DNA from: Parasynechococcus marenigrum WH 8102
GTDB taxonomy: Bacteria > Cyanobacteriota > Cyanobacteriia > PCC-6307 > Cyanobiaceae
DNA: 32,000 nucleotides
NCBI RefSeq assembly: GCF_000195975.1
Contig: NC_005070.1
Coordinates: 2,010,001-2,042,000, forward strand
Direction of reading: 5' to 3'
Each line of letters begins with the position of its first letter. Positions within the stretch are counted from its first letter, which is position 1. A program made the translations under genes and the position numbers. A model generated the notes under the pieces. It worked only from the letters and a program-made list of their open reading frames with translations, made no database searches and was not told the origin of the DNA. Shown piece after piece: positions 1 to 7,565 of this stretch.

Positions 1-797
1 GGATAGAGCTGTGCCAGCAGGTCCTGGTTGAAGAACTCGTGCGGCAGTGGGATGTCCGCCACGGTGGCGATGGTTTTGCCATCGAGCACCAGCGGCTGGC
101 CGGCGTCGATCGCATCCATCAGCTTGCTGACGGGAGCGGACACGTGGATGAGGTGACCAGCCCAGGACAGTGAACCGAGACCCAGCAGACCTGCCAGGTG
201 GTGGTTCAGCATGGACTCAACGTTCTGGAACCACTCCAGCTTCGGCGCAGCCTTGTGGTAGTGGAAAACACCAGCGTTGAGCATCAGGCCGGCCATCACC
301 AGGGCACCGATGGCCAGAGCCATGAGCTGGGTTTCGCTGGTGATGCCCCATCCACGCCAGACGTGGAACAGGCCTGAAGTGATCTGAATGCCTTGGAAGC
401 CGGCACCCATATCGCCATTGAGAATTTCCTGGCCAAAGATCGGCCACACCACCTGAGCACTGGGCTTCACGTGGGTGGGATCGGCGAGCCAACCGGAATA
501 GTTGGAGAAGCGGGCGCCATGGAAGAAGGCACCGCTCAACCAAATAAAGATGACGGCCAGATGGCCGAAGTGTGCGGAGAAGATCCGCCGAGAAACCTCC
601 TGGAGGTCGCTCGTGTGGGCGTCGAAGTCGTGAGCGTTGGCGTGAAGATTCCAAACCCAGGATGTGGTTTTGGGACCCTTCGCGAGAGCGCGGTCGAAGT
701 GTCCGGGCTTGCCGAACAGCTCGAAGGTTGCTGGATTGTCAACCTTTTCGACCTGGCTCTTCGCGTCACTCCCACGCTCAGGTGGGCTGATGGTCAT
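1..797 (-). CDS. psaA: Photosystem I P700 chlorophyll a apoprotein A1 (PsaA), N-terminal part; the 3' end lies outside the window
   Basis: Absent from the ORF track because it runs off the left edge. The reverse complement from ATG (797-795) reads [96 protein letters not shown]..., which is the conserved PsaA N-terminus. The listed ORFs 217-654, 393-890, 536-775, 572-790 and 664-936 are other-frame artefacts over it. Confidence 0.95.
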   Translation of the reverse strand, partial: MTISPPERGSDAKSQVEKVDNPATFELFGKPGHFDRALAKGPKTTSWVWNLHANAHDFDAHTSDLQEVSRRIFSAHFGHLAVIFIWLSGAFFHGARFSNYSGWLADPTHVKPSAQVVWPIFGQEILNGDMGAGFQGIQITSGLFHVWRGWGITSETQLMALAIGALVMAGLMLNAGVFHYHKAAPKLEWFQNVESMLNHHLAGLLGLGSLSWAGHLIHVSAPVSKLMDAIDAGQPLVLDGKTIATVADIPLPHEFFNQDLLAQLY

Positions 798-1072
798 CGA
801 GTCGTTCCTCGAGGGACTGGAGTCGAGGTGGAGGGCCACCCCTCCGGCGGATCGAAATCCACCGGGGCCCCGGACGCAGCTCCGCAATGAAGCAGCGTCA
901 GGGAATCAGTGCGTTCAAAAGGCCGAAACCCCTTGACTTCACTGAAGCTGGGGCCCCAAAGAGGGGACCACTGGCGGAAGCATAGATCTGAAGAAGGGCG
1001 AATACAGGTGTTGAGTTACAAAGGTTCAATCCCGCCCCGAGCCAGTCTGGAACTGGGGTCTCCGGAGGTGTG

Positions 1073-1101
1073 ATTATCAGCGAAAAAACAGAATCTCACA
1101 A
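1073..1101 (-). promoter_or_regulatory. Candidate sigma70-type promoter for psaA (TTGTGA-N17-GATAAT on the minus strand)
   Basis: On the minus strand the -35 TTGTGA is the complement of 1096-1101 and the -10 GATAAT is the complement of 1073-1078, with exactly 17 nt between them. It sits at the edge of the only AT-rich tract (about 1081-1170) in the 404-nt psaA/1202 divergent intergenic region. This is a motif match only; there is no transcription start site data. Confidence 0.25.
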
Positions 1102-1201
1102 AAGCAAGTAATACAAACTTCGTCATTTTTGCGGCCAGACTAATAAAAACTGTTTTCTGCCACGCCATGGTGGGCAGAATGAGCCCATCCGCTGTTCAGC
1201 C

Positions 1202-2491
1202 ATGCCGCGCTCGGGCCTGAAGCTGCTGCTGGTGGGGGTTCTGGCCTTGCTGCTCCTGCTCAGCGCCCCGCTTGGGGTTGCAGCCCTGCCGAGCTGGCTG
1301 AGCCGCGCCCCTGCGCCGGAGGAGCCCATTCCAAGCCAGGGCCCCTCCGGACGTCTCCAGGAGCTGGCTCCTCCAGGAGCGGTTCAGCAACTCAAGCGCC
1401 AACTCGCTGGCCGGCACCCCCAGCTCACCCTGGTGAGTCCAGTCGATGACAGCCTCGTTCAAAGTGATGCTGTCGAGCTGGTCCTGGACGTGCAGGACTG
1501 GCCGGTGAGCCGGGACCCAGACCTGGGCATCGGTCCCCATGTGGCCGTGCAGGTGGATGACCGACCCCTGATCCGACTTGATCAACTCACGAATGGAAAG
1601 CTGCGGTTGAAGCTCGACGATCTAACGCCGGGTAGCCATCGATTCAGCGCATGGGCCGCCTATCCCTGGGGGGAAGCGGTGACAACCTCGGGCGGTGCCA
1701 TTCAAGGACGACTGCACCTTTGGCAGCGCCTGAACGCCACCCAGCCAGCGTCAGATGCCCCATGGGTTGTGCCGGTTCCACCCGCCAACGAAGAAAACCA
1801 GCAACCGCTGATGCTGGATTGGCTGATCTGGAATGCCCCACTTCAAAATATTCGCGATGGAGACGGCCGCTGGCGCATCCGTATCAGCGTTGATGGCGAC
1901 AGTTTTCTGACGGACCATCAGGAAGCGATCTGGCTGAAAGGGACAGGTAGCAACGGCACCACGCTGCAGCTGGAGCTGCTGGATGGCCAGGGCGAACCAC
2001 TGCAGCCCGTGTTCAACAATCGCCTGATCCGATTGGAGGCCGGCCGCCGTGACAGACCCGTCTGGCTCAAAGCCCGGCTCAGTGAAGACGAACTGGAGCA
2101 TTTGAGCGGTACGCCCCGGCAAGAGCGCATCGACCCTGAGCCCTCATTGCAACGCAGTCCCGCAAAGGAAGAGCAAAACGACGATCAAGAAGCTCAGGAA
2201 CAAGCGCAACAAGCCGACGTTGCTTCTGAACCCGTCGTCGCAACCGCCGAAGAACCGACCACAGAGCCTGAGCTTGCAACCGTTGACGACTCCATTGAGG
2301 AAGCCGTTGACAAAGCCATTGACGACGACGATGACCCAACACCCCCCATGGACCCGGCACTAGCACCGCAACAGCTCGAACCGGACCCTGCTCCCGTCCG
2401 TCAGCCTGAACCGCTGCTGCGGCCGGAATCCAGCCTGGGAGGATCAGCCCGGGAGCTGCTGAATCCGGATGGACGTCTCAAGCAGCCCTAA
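1202..2491 (+). CDS. Secreted/periplasmic protein of unknown function, with an N-terminal signal peptide, two beta-rich segments and an acidic Pro/Glu/Asp-rich tail
   Basis: 429-aa ORF. The N-terminus MPRSGLKLLLVGVLALLLLLSAPLGVAALP is a typical signal peptide. The C-terminal ~120 aa are low-complexity and acidic (EEQNDDQEAQEQAQQADV...DDDDDPTPPMDP). I recognise no catalytic motif. Confidence 0.75.
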   Translation: MPRSGLKLLLVGVLALLLLLSAPLGVAALPSWLSRAPAPEEPIPSQGPSGRLQELAPPGAVQQLKRQLAGRHPQLTLVSPVDDSLVQSDAVELVLDVQDWPVSRDPDLGIGPHVAVQVDDRPLIRLDQLTNGKLRLKLDDLTPGSHRFSAWAAYPWGEAVTTSGGAIQGRLHLWQRLNATQPASDAPWVVPVPPANEENQQPLMLDWLIWNAPLQNIRDGDGRWRIRISVDGDSFLTDHQEAIWLKGTGSNGTTLQLELLDGQGEPLQPVFNNRLIRLEAGRRDRPVWLKARLSEDELEHLSGTPRQERIDPEPSLQRSPAKEEQNDDQEAQEQAQQADVASEPVVATAEEPTTEPELATVDDSIEEAVDKAIDDDDDPTPPMDPALAPQQLEPDPAPVRQPEPLLRPESSLGGSARELLNPDGRLKQP

Positions 2492-2685
2492 GCCACGTTC
2501 TGCCAGCGACCGCCCTGACTTCGCCCACCCCACAGACCCTTGATTGCGGCATCGGCATCGGCCTTTCCGCCGCCAGCCAACCCCTGCTGGATCGCCTGAG
2601 GCAGAGCGGTCAGATCCAGGAAGCCCATCGAGCGGATGGAGCGATCAAGGAACTGCTCGTTGGCCACTGGCGGGTTGGACAAACG

Positions 2686-4320
2686 TTGTTATTCGTCGGC
2701 GCGGTTGGGGCTGTGACCCGGCTGATCGCCCCTCTGATCCAAGGCAAGGAGCGGGATCCAGCCGTTCTCGTGCTGGATCCGAAGGGACGGTGGGTCATCC
2801 CCTTGCTGGGGGGCCACAGCAGTGGTGCTGAGCAACGGGCGCGGGAACTGGCAGGGATGCTGCAGGCCGACGCCGTCCTGACCGGAGCCTGTGCCACAGA
2901 GGATCGCCTGGCGCTCGATGCCTTCGGTGAGGGCTGGGGCTGGCGGCGCGCTGGCAGCAGTACCGCCTGGCGGGAGTTGATGCAGCAACAGGCGTGCTCG
3001 GAACGGCTGACCGTTGCCCAGACCTCCGGTTCCACCGATTGGCAGCACCAACATCCCACGCTGGAGAGCGTGACCAGTGCGAGCGAGGCACAGGTGAGCA
3101 TTGGCGCCGACAACCAGGCCCCCTGCCGCTGGCATCCCGCCAGCCTCTGGCTGGGGGTGGGCTGTGAACGCAACACCAGCCTGGCGTTGGTGCAACGGGT
3201 GATCCGGGAGGTCCTGGCTCAGGCGGGACTGGCGGAAGCAGCAGTCGCCGGCCTGGCGAGCATCGATCGCAAAGCGGATGAGCCAGCCCTGATGGAGCTG
3301 GGCGAGCAACGGCAATGGCCCTTCCGCACCTACGACGCAACGGCTTTGGCATCGGTCGAGGTGCCAACCCCATCCGACGTGGTGCTCGCCGAGATGGGCA
3401 CCGCCTCGGTGGCTGAGGCGGCTGCTCTGCTGGCGGCCGGTGAGGGGGCTGTCCTGCGCCAAAGCAAAGTGATTCGCCATGCCGCCACCGGGGAACAGGG
3501 CGCGGTGACCGTGGCGGTTGCCGAAGCCAGGCGCCCCTTTGCCCCATCGCGGGGGGAACTGCATCTGATCGGTAGTGGTCCTGGGGATTTATCGCTGCTC
3601 AGTGGCGACGCCCGCCAGACCCTCGCCCGTTGCACGGCGTGGGTGGGTTACGGGCTTTATCTCGACCTGCTGGAGCCGTTGCGACAGGTGCATCAGGTGC
3701 GTCTGGATGGCCAGCTCACCCGCGAATGGGACCGCTGCGCCCAGGCCCTCAGCCTGGCTCAACAGGGAGCACGGGTCGCCCTGATCTCCTCAGGAGACAG
3801 CGGGATCTACGGAATGGCCGGGCTGGCCCTGGAGTTGTGGCTGCAGCAGCCGGAACAGGATCGGCCGAGCTTTCAGGTGCATCCGGGCATCTCAGCCCTG
3901 CAGCTGGCGGCAGCCCGCGCGGGAGCACCCTTGATGCACGACTTCTGCACGGTGAGCCTCAGTGATCGACTGACTCCTTGGCCCGTGATCGAGCAACGGC
4001 TGCGGGCGGCGGCGGCAGGAGATTTCGTCGTGGCGTTGTACAACCCACGATCCAAAGGCCGCGACTGGCAACTGGCCAAGGCGCGGGAACTGTTGCTCGA
4101 ACACCGCAGGGGCGAAACGCCAGTGCTACTGGCCCGGCAGCTGGGACGCAGCGATGAAACTCATCAACTCACGGATCTCAGCGGCCTGGAGCCTGAACAG
4201 GTGGACATGCTCACCGTGGTGTTGATCGGCAACAGCAGCAGCTATGCACGCGCTGATCGGATGGTGACACCGAGGGGGTACCCCGGAGCCACCGTTGACC
4301 AATGGAAGACCCTCCCCTAG
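2686..4320 (+). CDS. cobJ: Cobalamin biosynthesis fusion protein CbiG / precorrin-3B C17-methyltransferase (CobJ/CbiH)
   Basis: The N-terminal part is CbiG-like (LLFVGAVGAVTRLIAPLIQGKERDPAVLVLDPKGRWVIPLLGGHSSGA; LWLGVGCERNTS). The C-terminal part is a tetrapyrrole methylase (GELHLIGSGPGDLSLLSGDARQTL...VALISSGDSGIYGMAGL...VVALYNPRS). Coordinates start at the first TTG, but CbiG-like sequence continues in frame upstream to at least about 2539 (see findings), so the true start is probably upstream. Confidence 0.9.
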   Translation: MLFVGAVGAVTRLIAPLIQGKERDPAVLVLDPKGRWVIPLLGGHSSGAEQRARELAGMLQADAVLTGACATEDRLALDAFGEGWGWRRAGSSTAWRELMQQQACSERLTVAQTSGSTDWQHQHPTLESVTSASEAQVSIGADNQAPCRWHPASLWLGVGCERNTSLALVQRVIREVLAQAGLAEAAVAGLASIDRKADEPALMELGEQRQWPFRTYDATALASVEVPTPSDVVLAEMGTASVAEAAALLAAGEGAVLRQSKVIRHAATGEQGAVTVAVAEARRPFAPSRGELHLIGSGPGDLSLLSGDARQTLARCTAWVGYGLYLDLLEPLRQVHQVRLDGQLTREWDRCAQALSLAQQGARVALISSGDSGIYGMAGLALELWLQQPEQDRPSFQVHPGISALQLAAARAGAPLMHDFCTVSLSDRLTPWPVIEQRLRAAAAGDFVVALYNPRSKGRDWQLAKARELLLEHRRGETPVLLARQLGRSDETHQLTDLSGLEPEQVDMLTVVLIGNSSSYARADRMVTPRGYPGATVDQWKTLP

Positions 4321-4325
4321 GGTTT

Positions 4326-4450
4326 GGGTCTGGTTTCAGCGGGGATCAGCCGCTGATGGAAACGGGGAAAGAACGGTGCAAATCCGTCGCTGTCCCGCAG
4401 CTGTAAAGCGTCCGGCCCCGCCGGCGTCAGTCAGAACGCCCGCCAGGAGC
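4326..4450 (+). promoter_or_regulatory. Cobalamin (B12) riboswitch
   Basis: The conserved aptamer core is read directly: GGGGAAAGAACGGTGCAAATCCGTCGCTGTCCCGCAGCTGTAA (about 4364-4405). A B12-box-like element GTCAGTCAGAACGCCCGCC lies at 4426-4444. A GAGGA Shine-Dalgarno follows at 4459-4463, 7 nt before the TTG start of the downstream permease. The boundaries are approximate. Confidence 0.85.
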
Positions 4451-4470
4451 ACTACCGACGAGGATCGACT

Positions 4471-5100
4471 TTGACCAATCTTCTGGCTTCTCCCCGGCCT
4501 CTGCGCCAGGCCGCCGTTGCCGCATTGGCCTTGCTATTGATCTCCAGCCCAGCCTTTGCCCACCATCCCTTCGGTATGGGCGACAGCGGTGCGCTGACTC
4601 CCTGGCAGGGACTGCTGAGTGGTCTGGGTCACCCGCTGCTGGGGCCTGACCATCTGCTGTTCCTGCTGGCCCTTGGCTTTGTCGGCCTGCAACGCCCGCT
4701 GCGCTGGGTGCTGCCGCTGTTGGCGATCGGTCTTGGCGGCAGCCTGCTGTCGCAATTCATTTCCCTGCCCGACGCAGTGGCGCCCTGGGCCGAAGCCCTG
4801 GTGTCCCTCAGCCTTGCGGTCGAAGGCCTGATTGCCCTGAGCATGGCCCCCGCCGCCTGGCTGCTGCCCCTGTTCGGGCTGCATGGTTTCCTCCTGGGCA
4901 GCACGATCGTCGGGGCGGAACCCAGCCCTCTGCCGAGCTACTTCCTGGGCCTGCTTCTGGCCCAGGGCAGCCTGTTGCTGCTCGTCACCGCCTGGTCCCA
5001 GGGCCTGGTGGAGCGTCTGGGAGCCCAAGGCCAGCGGCTCGGAGCCGGCATCTGGATCGGCATCGGCATGGCTTTTGCCTGGGTCGCGCTGATCGACTGA
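4471..5100 (+). CDS. hupE: HupE/UreJ family metal (Co/Ni) permease
   Basis: 209-aa polytopic membrane protein. A signal peptide ends at AFA and the predicted mature N-terminus is HHPFGMGD. The family motif GHPLLGPDHLLFLLALG is present. It lies immediately downstream of the B12 riboswitch. Confidence 0.9.
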   Translation: MTNLLASPRPLRQAAVAALALLLISSPAFAHHPFGMGDSGALTPWQGLLSGLGHPLLGPDHLLFLLALGFVGLQRPLRWVLPLLAIGLGGSLLSQFISLPDAVAPWAEALVSLSLAVEGLIALSMAPAAWLLPLFGLHGFLLGSTIVGAEPSPLPSYFLGLLLAQGSLLLLVTAWSQGLVERLGAQGQRLGAGIWIGIGMAFAWVALID

Positions 5101-5108
5101 CCACAGCC

Positions 5109-6641
5109 ATGCCATGTCCTTTTGTTCGGCAGCTGGCCGCGCCAGCGGCAGCTGCTGCTGTGCTGTCTCTGGCGTGTGCGCCCTTGGCCAGGGCTCAGGT
5201 GAGCAGCGTCAGTCCATTCACGGCCATTCAATTCACGGATGTGATGCCCACAGACTGGGCTTACCAGGCGCTGCAGAACCTGGTTGAGCAGCACGGCTGC
5301 GTTGCTGGTTATCCCGATAGTCGTTTTCAAGGTCAGCAGTCCATCAGCCGATACGAGGCGGCGGCACTGCTGAACGCCTGCCTGGATCGAATCACCGCGA
5401 TGACGGATGAGGTGAAAGAGCTAATCCATGTCTTCCGACGTGAACTGGCGATCATCCAGGGCCGTGTGGATGGGTTAGAAGCCCGCCTGGGAGATCTGGA
5501 GGCCCCCCAGTTCTCAACCACCACCAAACTCAGTGGCCTCGCCACTGTCGTGATCGGAGCGAACCACTTTTCAGGCTCTGATGATGAATCGGTGGATCAG
5601 AACAACCAGGGCTTCGGCGCCACCACGTTCAACAACGACCTTCATCTGATCCTGGAGACCAGTTTCAGCGGCAAGGATCTGCTCACGGTCACCCTGCGGG
5701 CAGGCAACTTCGGTGGTGAAACACCCTTTGGCGGCGGGGGGGCCAGCAGCTTGGCCACCCTGGAAACCTCCTATGAGGCCGATGGTGGAGCCAACCAGGT
5801 TGCCATCGACAAACTGTTTTATTCCTTTCCGATCGGAGAGGACGTCACTCTCACCTTTGGTCCACAGGTGGGCCAGGAGGACATGCTGGCGATCTGGCCC
5901 AGCGTTTACTCCAGCGACCCGGTCCTGGATGTGCTCAGCCTGAATGGCGCGCCGGCGGCTTACAACAAAAATCTCGGAGCCGGAGCCGGCGTCAGCTGGA
6001 GCCCGTCCAGTGGCCTGAGGCTCTCCGCGAACTATGTGGCGGCCAACGGCACGTTGAGCAACAGTGCTGAAGGCGGCATTGGCACCGACCATGCAGCAAG
6101 CGCCGGAACGGTTCAACTGGGCTGGGAAGGGGAAGGATGGGCCCTGGCCGGGATTGTTTCCAAGGTCCAGAACGGCCATGGGCTGATCGCCTACGCCACG
6201 CCCTTCACTCAGGATCAACTCAGCGAGCGTGGCGTCACCCATGCTTTCGGGCTCGGCGGATCCTGGCAGCCGGCCGACAGCGGCTGGATTCCCTCGATCT
6301 CAGCAGGATGGGGAATGAACAACAGCGAAAGCCAGCAGAACGATCAGGTCACCACCAGCCATTCATGGAGCCTGGGTCTGGAGTGGACTGACCTATGGAG
6401 CGATGGTCATGCCGCCGGCATGGCGGTGGGCCAACCGGTCTTCGCCACCGATTCGAAAGGGGGCGACACTCCCGCCGACGGCCAGTTCCTGTGGGAGTGG
6501 TGGGTACAGCTGCAGATGAGTGATGCGATCAGCATCACGCCGGCTGTCTTTTATCTGTGGCGTCCCCTTGGGCAGAACACTCCTGCTGGTGAATCCTTCA
6601 GCCAGCTGGGTGCACTGGTGAAAACGACCTTCCGTTTCTGA
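5109..6641 (+). CDS. Outer-membrane porin with an SLH domain and an OprB-type beta-barrel (cyanobacterial Som / iron-uptake-porin family)
   Basis: The signal peptide ends at ...APLARA/QV. The SLH motif is FTDVMPTDWAYQALQNLVEQHGCVAGYPDSRFQGQQSISRYEAAALLNACL. A coiled-coil linker (ELAIIQGRVDGLEARLGDLE) is followed by a Gly/Ser/aromatic-rich barrel ending in the OMP C-terminal signature ...TTFRF. The ATG is 8 nt after the hupE stop. Confidence 0.9.
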   Translation: MPCPFVRQLAAPAAAAAVLSLACAPLARAQVSSVSPFTAIQFTDVMPTDWAYQALQNLVEQHGCVAGYPDSRFQGQQSISRYEAAALLNACLDRITAMTDEVKELIHVFRRELAIIQGRVDGLEARLGDLEAPQFSTTTKLSGLATVVIGANHFSGSDDESVDQNNQGFGATTFNNDLHLILETSFSGKDLLTVTLRAGNFGGETPFGGGGASSLATLETSYEADGGANQVAIDKLFYSFPIGEDVTLTFGPQVGQEDMLAIWPSVYSSDPVLDVLSLNGAPAAYNKNLGAGAGVSWSPSSGLRLSANYVAANGTLSNSAEGGIGTDHAASAGTVQLGWEGEGWALAGIVSKVQNGHGLIAYATPFTQDQLSERGVTHAFGLGGSWQPADSGWIPSISAGWGMNNSESQQNDQVTTSHSWSLGLEWTDLWSDGHAAGMAVGQPVFATDSKGGDTPADGQFLWEWWVQLQMSDAISITPAVFYLWRPLGQNTPAGESFSQLGALVKTTFRF

Positions 6642-6748
6642 CGCCGATCAACTCTGGGCCGAAACGATTGACACGTCAGCATGGACGTATAACGCGTCCA
6701 AGACAGCAGGGATGAGAGACATAGACCTGACACCGCTCCTGCGATCCC

Positions 6749-7357
6749 ATGCGGGATGAGTTAGGTGAGCTGCTGGGCAAGTCTGTGGTGCTGGAGGGTC
6801 GGTTGAACCGCTGCGAGCCCAATGCCATCGGCAGCCTCAACATTTGCCTCACAGCAGTGAATGTTTATCCATGGCGAACTGATGTTGCTATCAGTTCCTT
6901 ATCACCGTTGCGCGTCGACCATGGCTGGCTGCAGAACAGCCGCCTGGAACATTCAGTGGGAGGCATCGTGGAGATGTACTGGATGACCGCCGAGATCACC
7001 AATTATCAACGCAAAAACGGCAGTCGAGACATCGGCTTTCGCCATCGGCCATCACTATGTGTTGATCATCTACTCGACAGAATTCTCAACATCGATGAAT
7101 ATGATCAGCAAGTACAAAACCTTCAAGCAGCGCTGAGGAGAATTCAAACCCATGAGGGTGTATTCGGTTTTCATGCCAGTCCAATGCGCTTTCAGAAGAT
7201 TCTCCAACTCGCCCTCGAACAAGCCAAACTCGGTGGGCAGCCTCACCTGCAAGATTTTCTCACCGCAGAGGCCATCAAAATCAAGCAATTTACGAAGGGA
7301 CGCAACTCAAAACGAAGTGGAAAATCAAGCGCACTAGGATTTAACTCCAATACATAA
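6749..7357 (+). CDS. Hypothetical protein (orphan) in a low-GC islet
   Basis: 202-aa ORF in the only clearly low-GC stretch of the window. It has a Lys/Ser-rich tail (KGRNSKRSGKSS). I recognise no motif and see no obvious Shine-Dalgarno. Coding status is supported only by ORF length in a lower-GC context, where long random ORFs are less likely. Confidence 0.55.
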   Translation: MRDELGELLGKSVVLEGRLNRCEPNAIGSLNICLTAVNVYPWRTDVAISSLSPLRVDHGWLQNSRLEHSVGGIVEMYWMTAEITNYQRKNGSRDIGFRHRPSLCVDHLLDRILNIDEYDQQVQNLQAALRRIQTHEGVFGFHASPMRFQKILQLALEQAKLGGQPHLQDFLTAEAIKIKQFTKGRNSKRSGKSSALGFNSNT

Positions 7358-7403
7358 ATCCAAGCTCTCCTTAGAATCAGAGTCACTCACAAGGAGGAGT
7401 CAA

Positions 7404-7565
7404 TTGCTGACGAAAGCCACGGTCATCACCGTTTTAGTTTTTGCTGTCGCTGCCGGCATCTGGCTCAACAACACAGCTTGGAGAAACCGCAAATTGTTCT
7501 GGCAACTGCAAGCAGCCTTGATCGGTGGAGGCGTGGGGTTTGTCACCGGTCGGCTAAGCCGCTAA
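7404..7565 (+). CDS. Small putative membrane protein (53 aa, two hydrophobic segments)
   Basis: Below the ORF-track size cut-off. A strong Shine-Dalgarno AAGGAGGAG (7391-7399) lies 6 nt before TTG 7404. The translation is MLTKATVITVLVFAVAAGIWLNNTAWRNRKLFWQLQAALIGGGVGFVTGRLSR, with a TAA stop at 7563-7565. Confidence 0.35.
   Translation: MLTKATVITVLVFAVAAGIWLNNTAWRNRKLFWQLQAALIGGGVGFVTGRLSR

Noticed and set aside
393-936. Several 70-165-aa ORFs (217-654, 393-890, 536-775, 572-790, 664-936)
   Set aside because: All overlap the psaA coding frame, which is unambiguous once the edge-truncated minus-strand frame is translated.
1023-1044. tRNA-like 3' fragment GGTTCAATCCCGCCCCGAGCCA in the psaA upstream region (possible att scar or tRNA remnant)
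   Set aside because: The putative T-stem 5' half (AAAGG) does not pair with CCGCC. No complementary acceptor 5' strand (GGCTCGG) exists within about 80 nt upstream. No cloverleaf can be built, so the resemblance is limited to a T-loop-like GGTTCAATCC and is probably fortuitous.
1102-1170. Search for HLR1 (RpaB-type) direct repeats upstream of psaA
   Set aside because: The best candidate on the minus strand (TTTGTATT-AC-TTGCTTTT) mismatches the (G/T)TTACA(T/A)(T/A) core at several positions in both half-sites, so I do not call it.
6668-6698. TTGACA ... TATAAC pair downstream of the porin stop as a promoter for the islet ORF
   Set aside because: The spacer is only 14 nt, which is too short for a sigma70-type promoter. 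The GGACG-N7-CGTCC hairpin nearby (6692-6708) is also too weak, and lacks a T-run, to be called a terminator.
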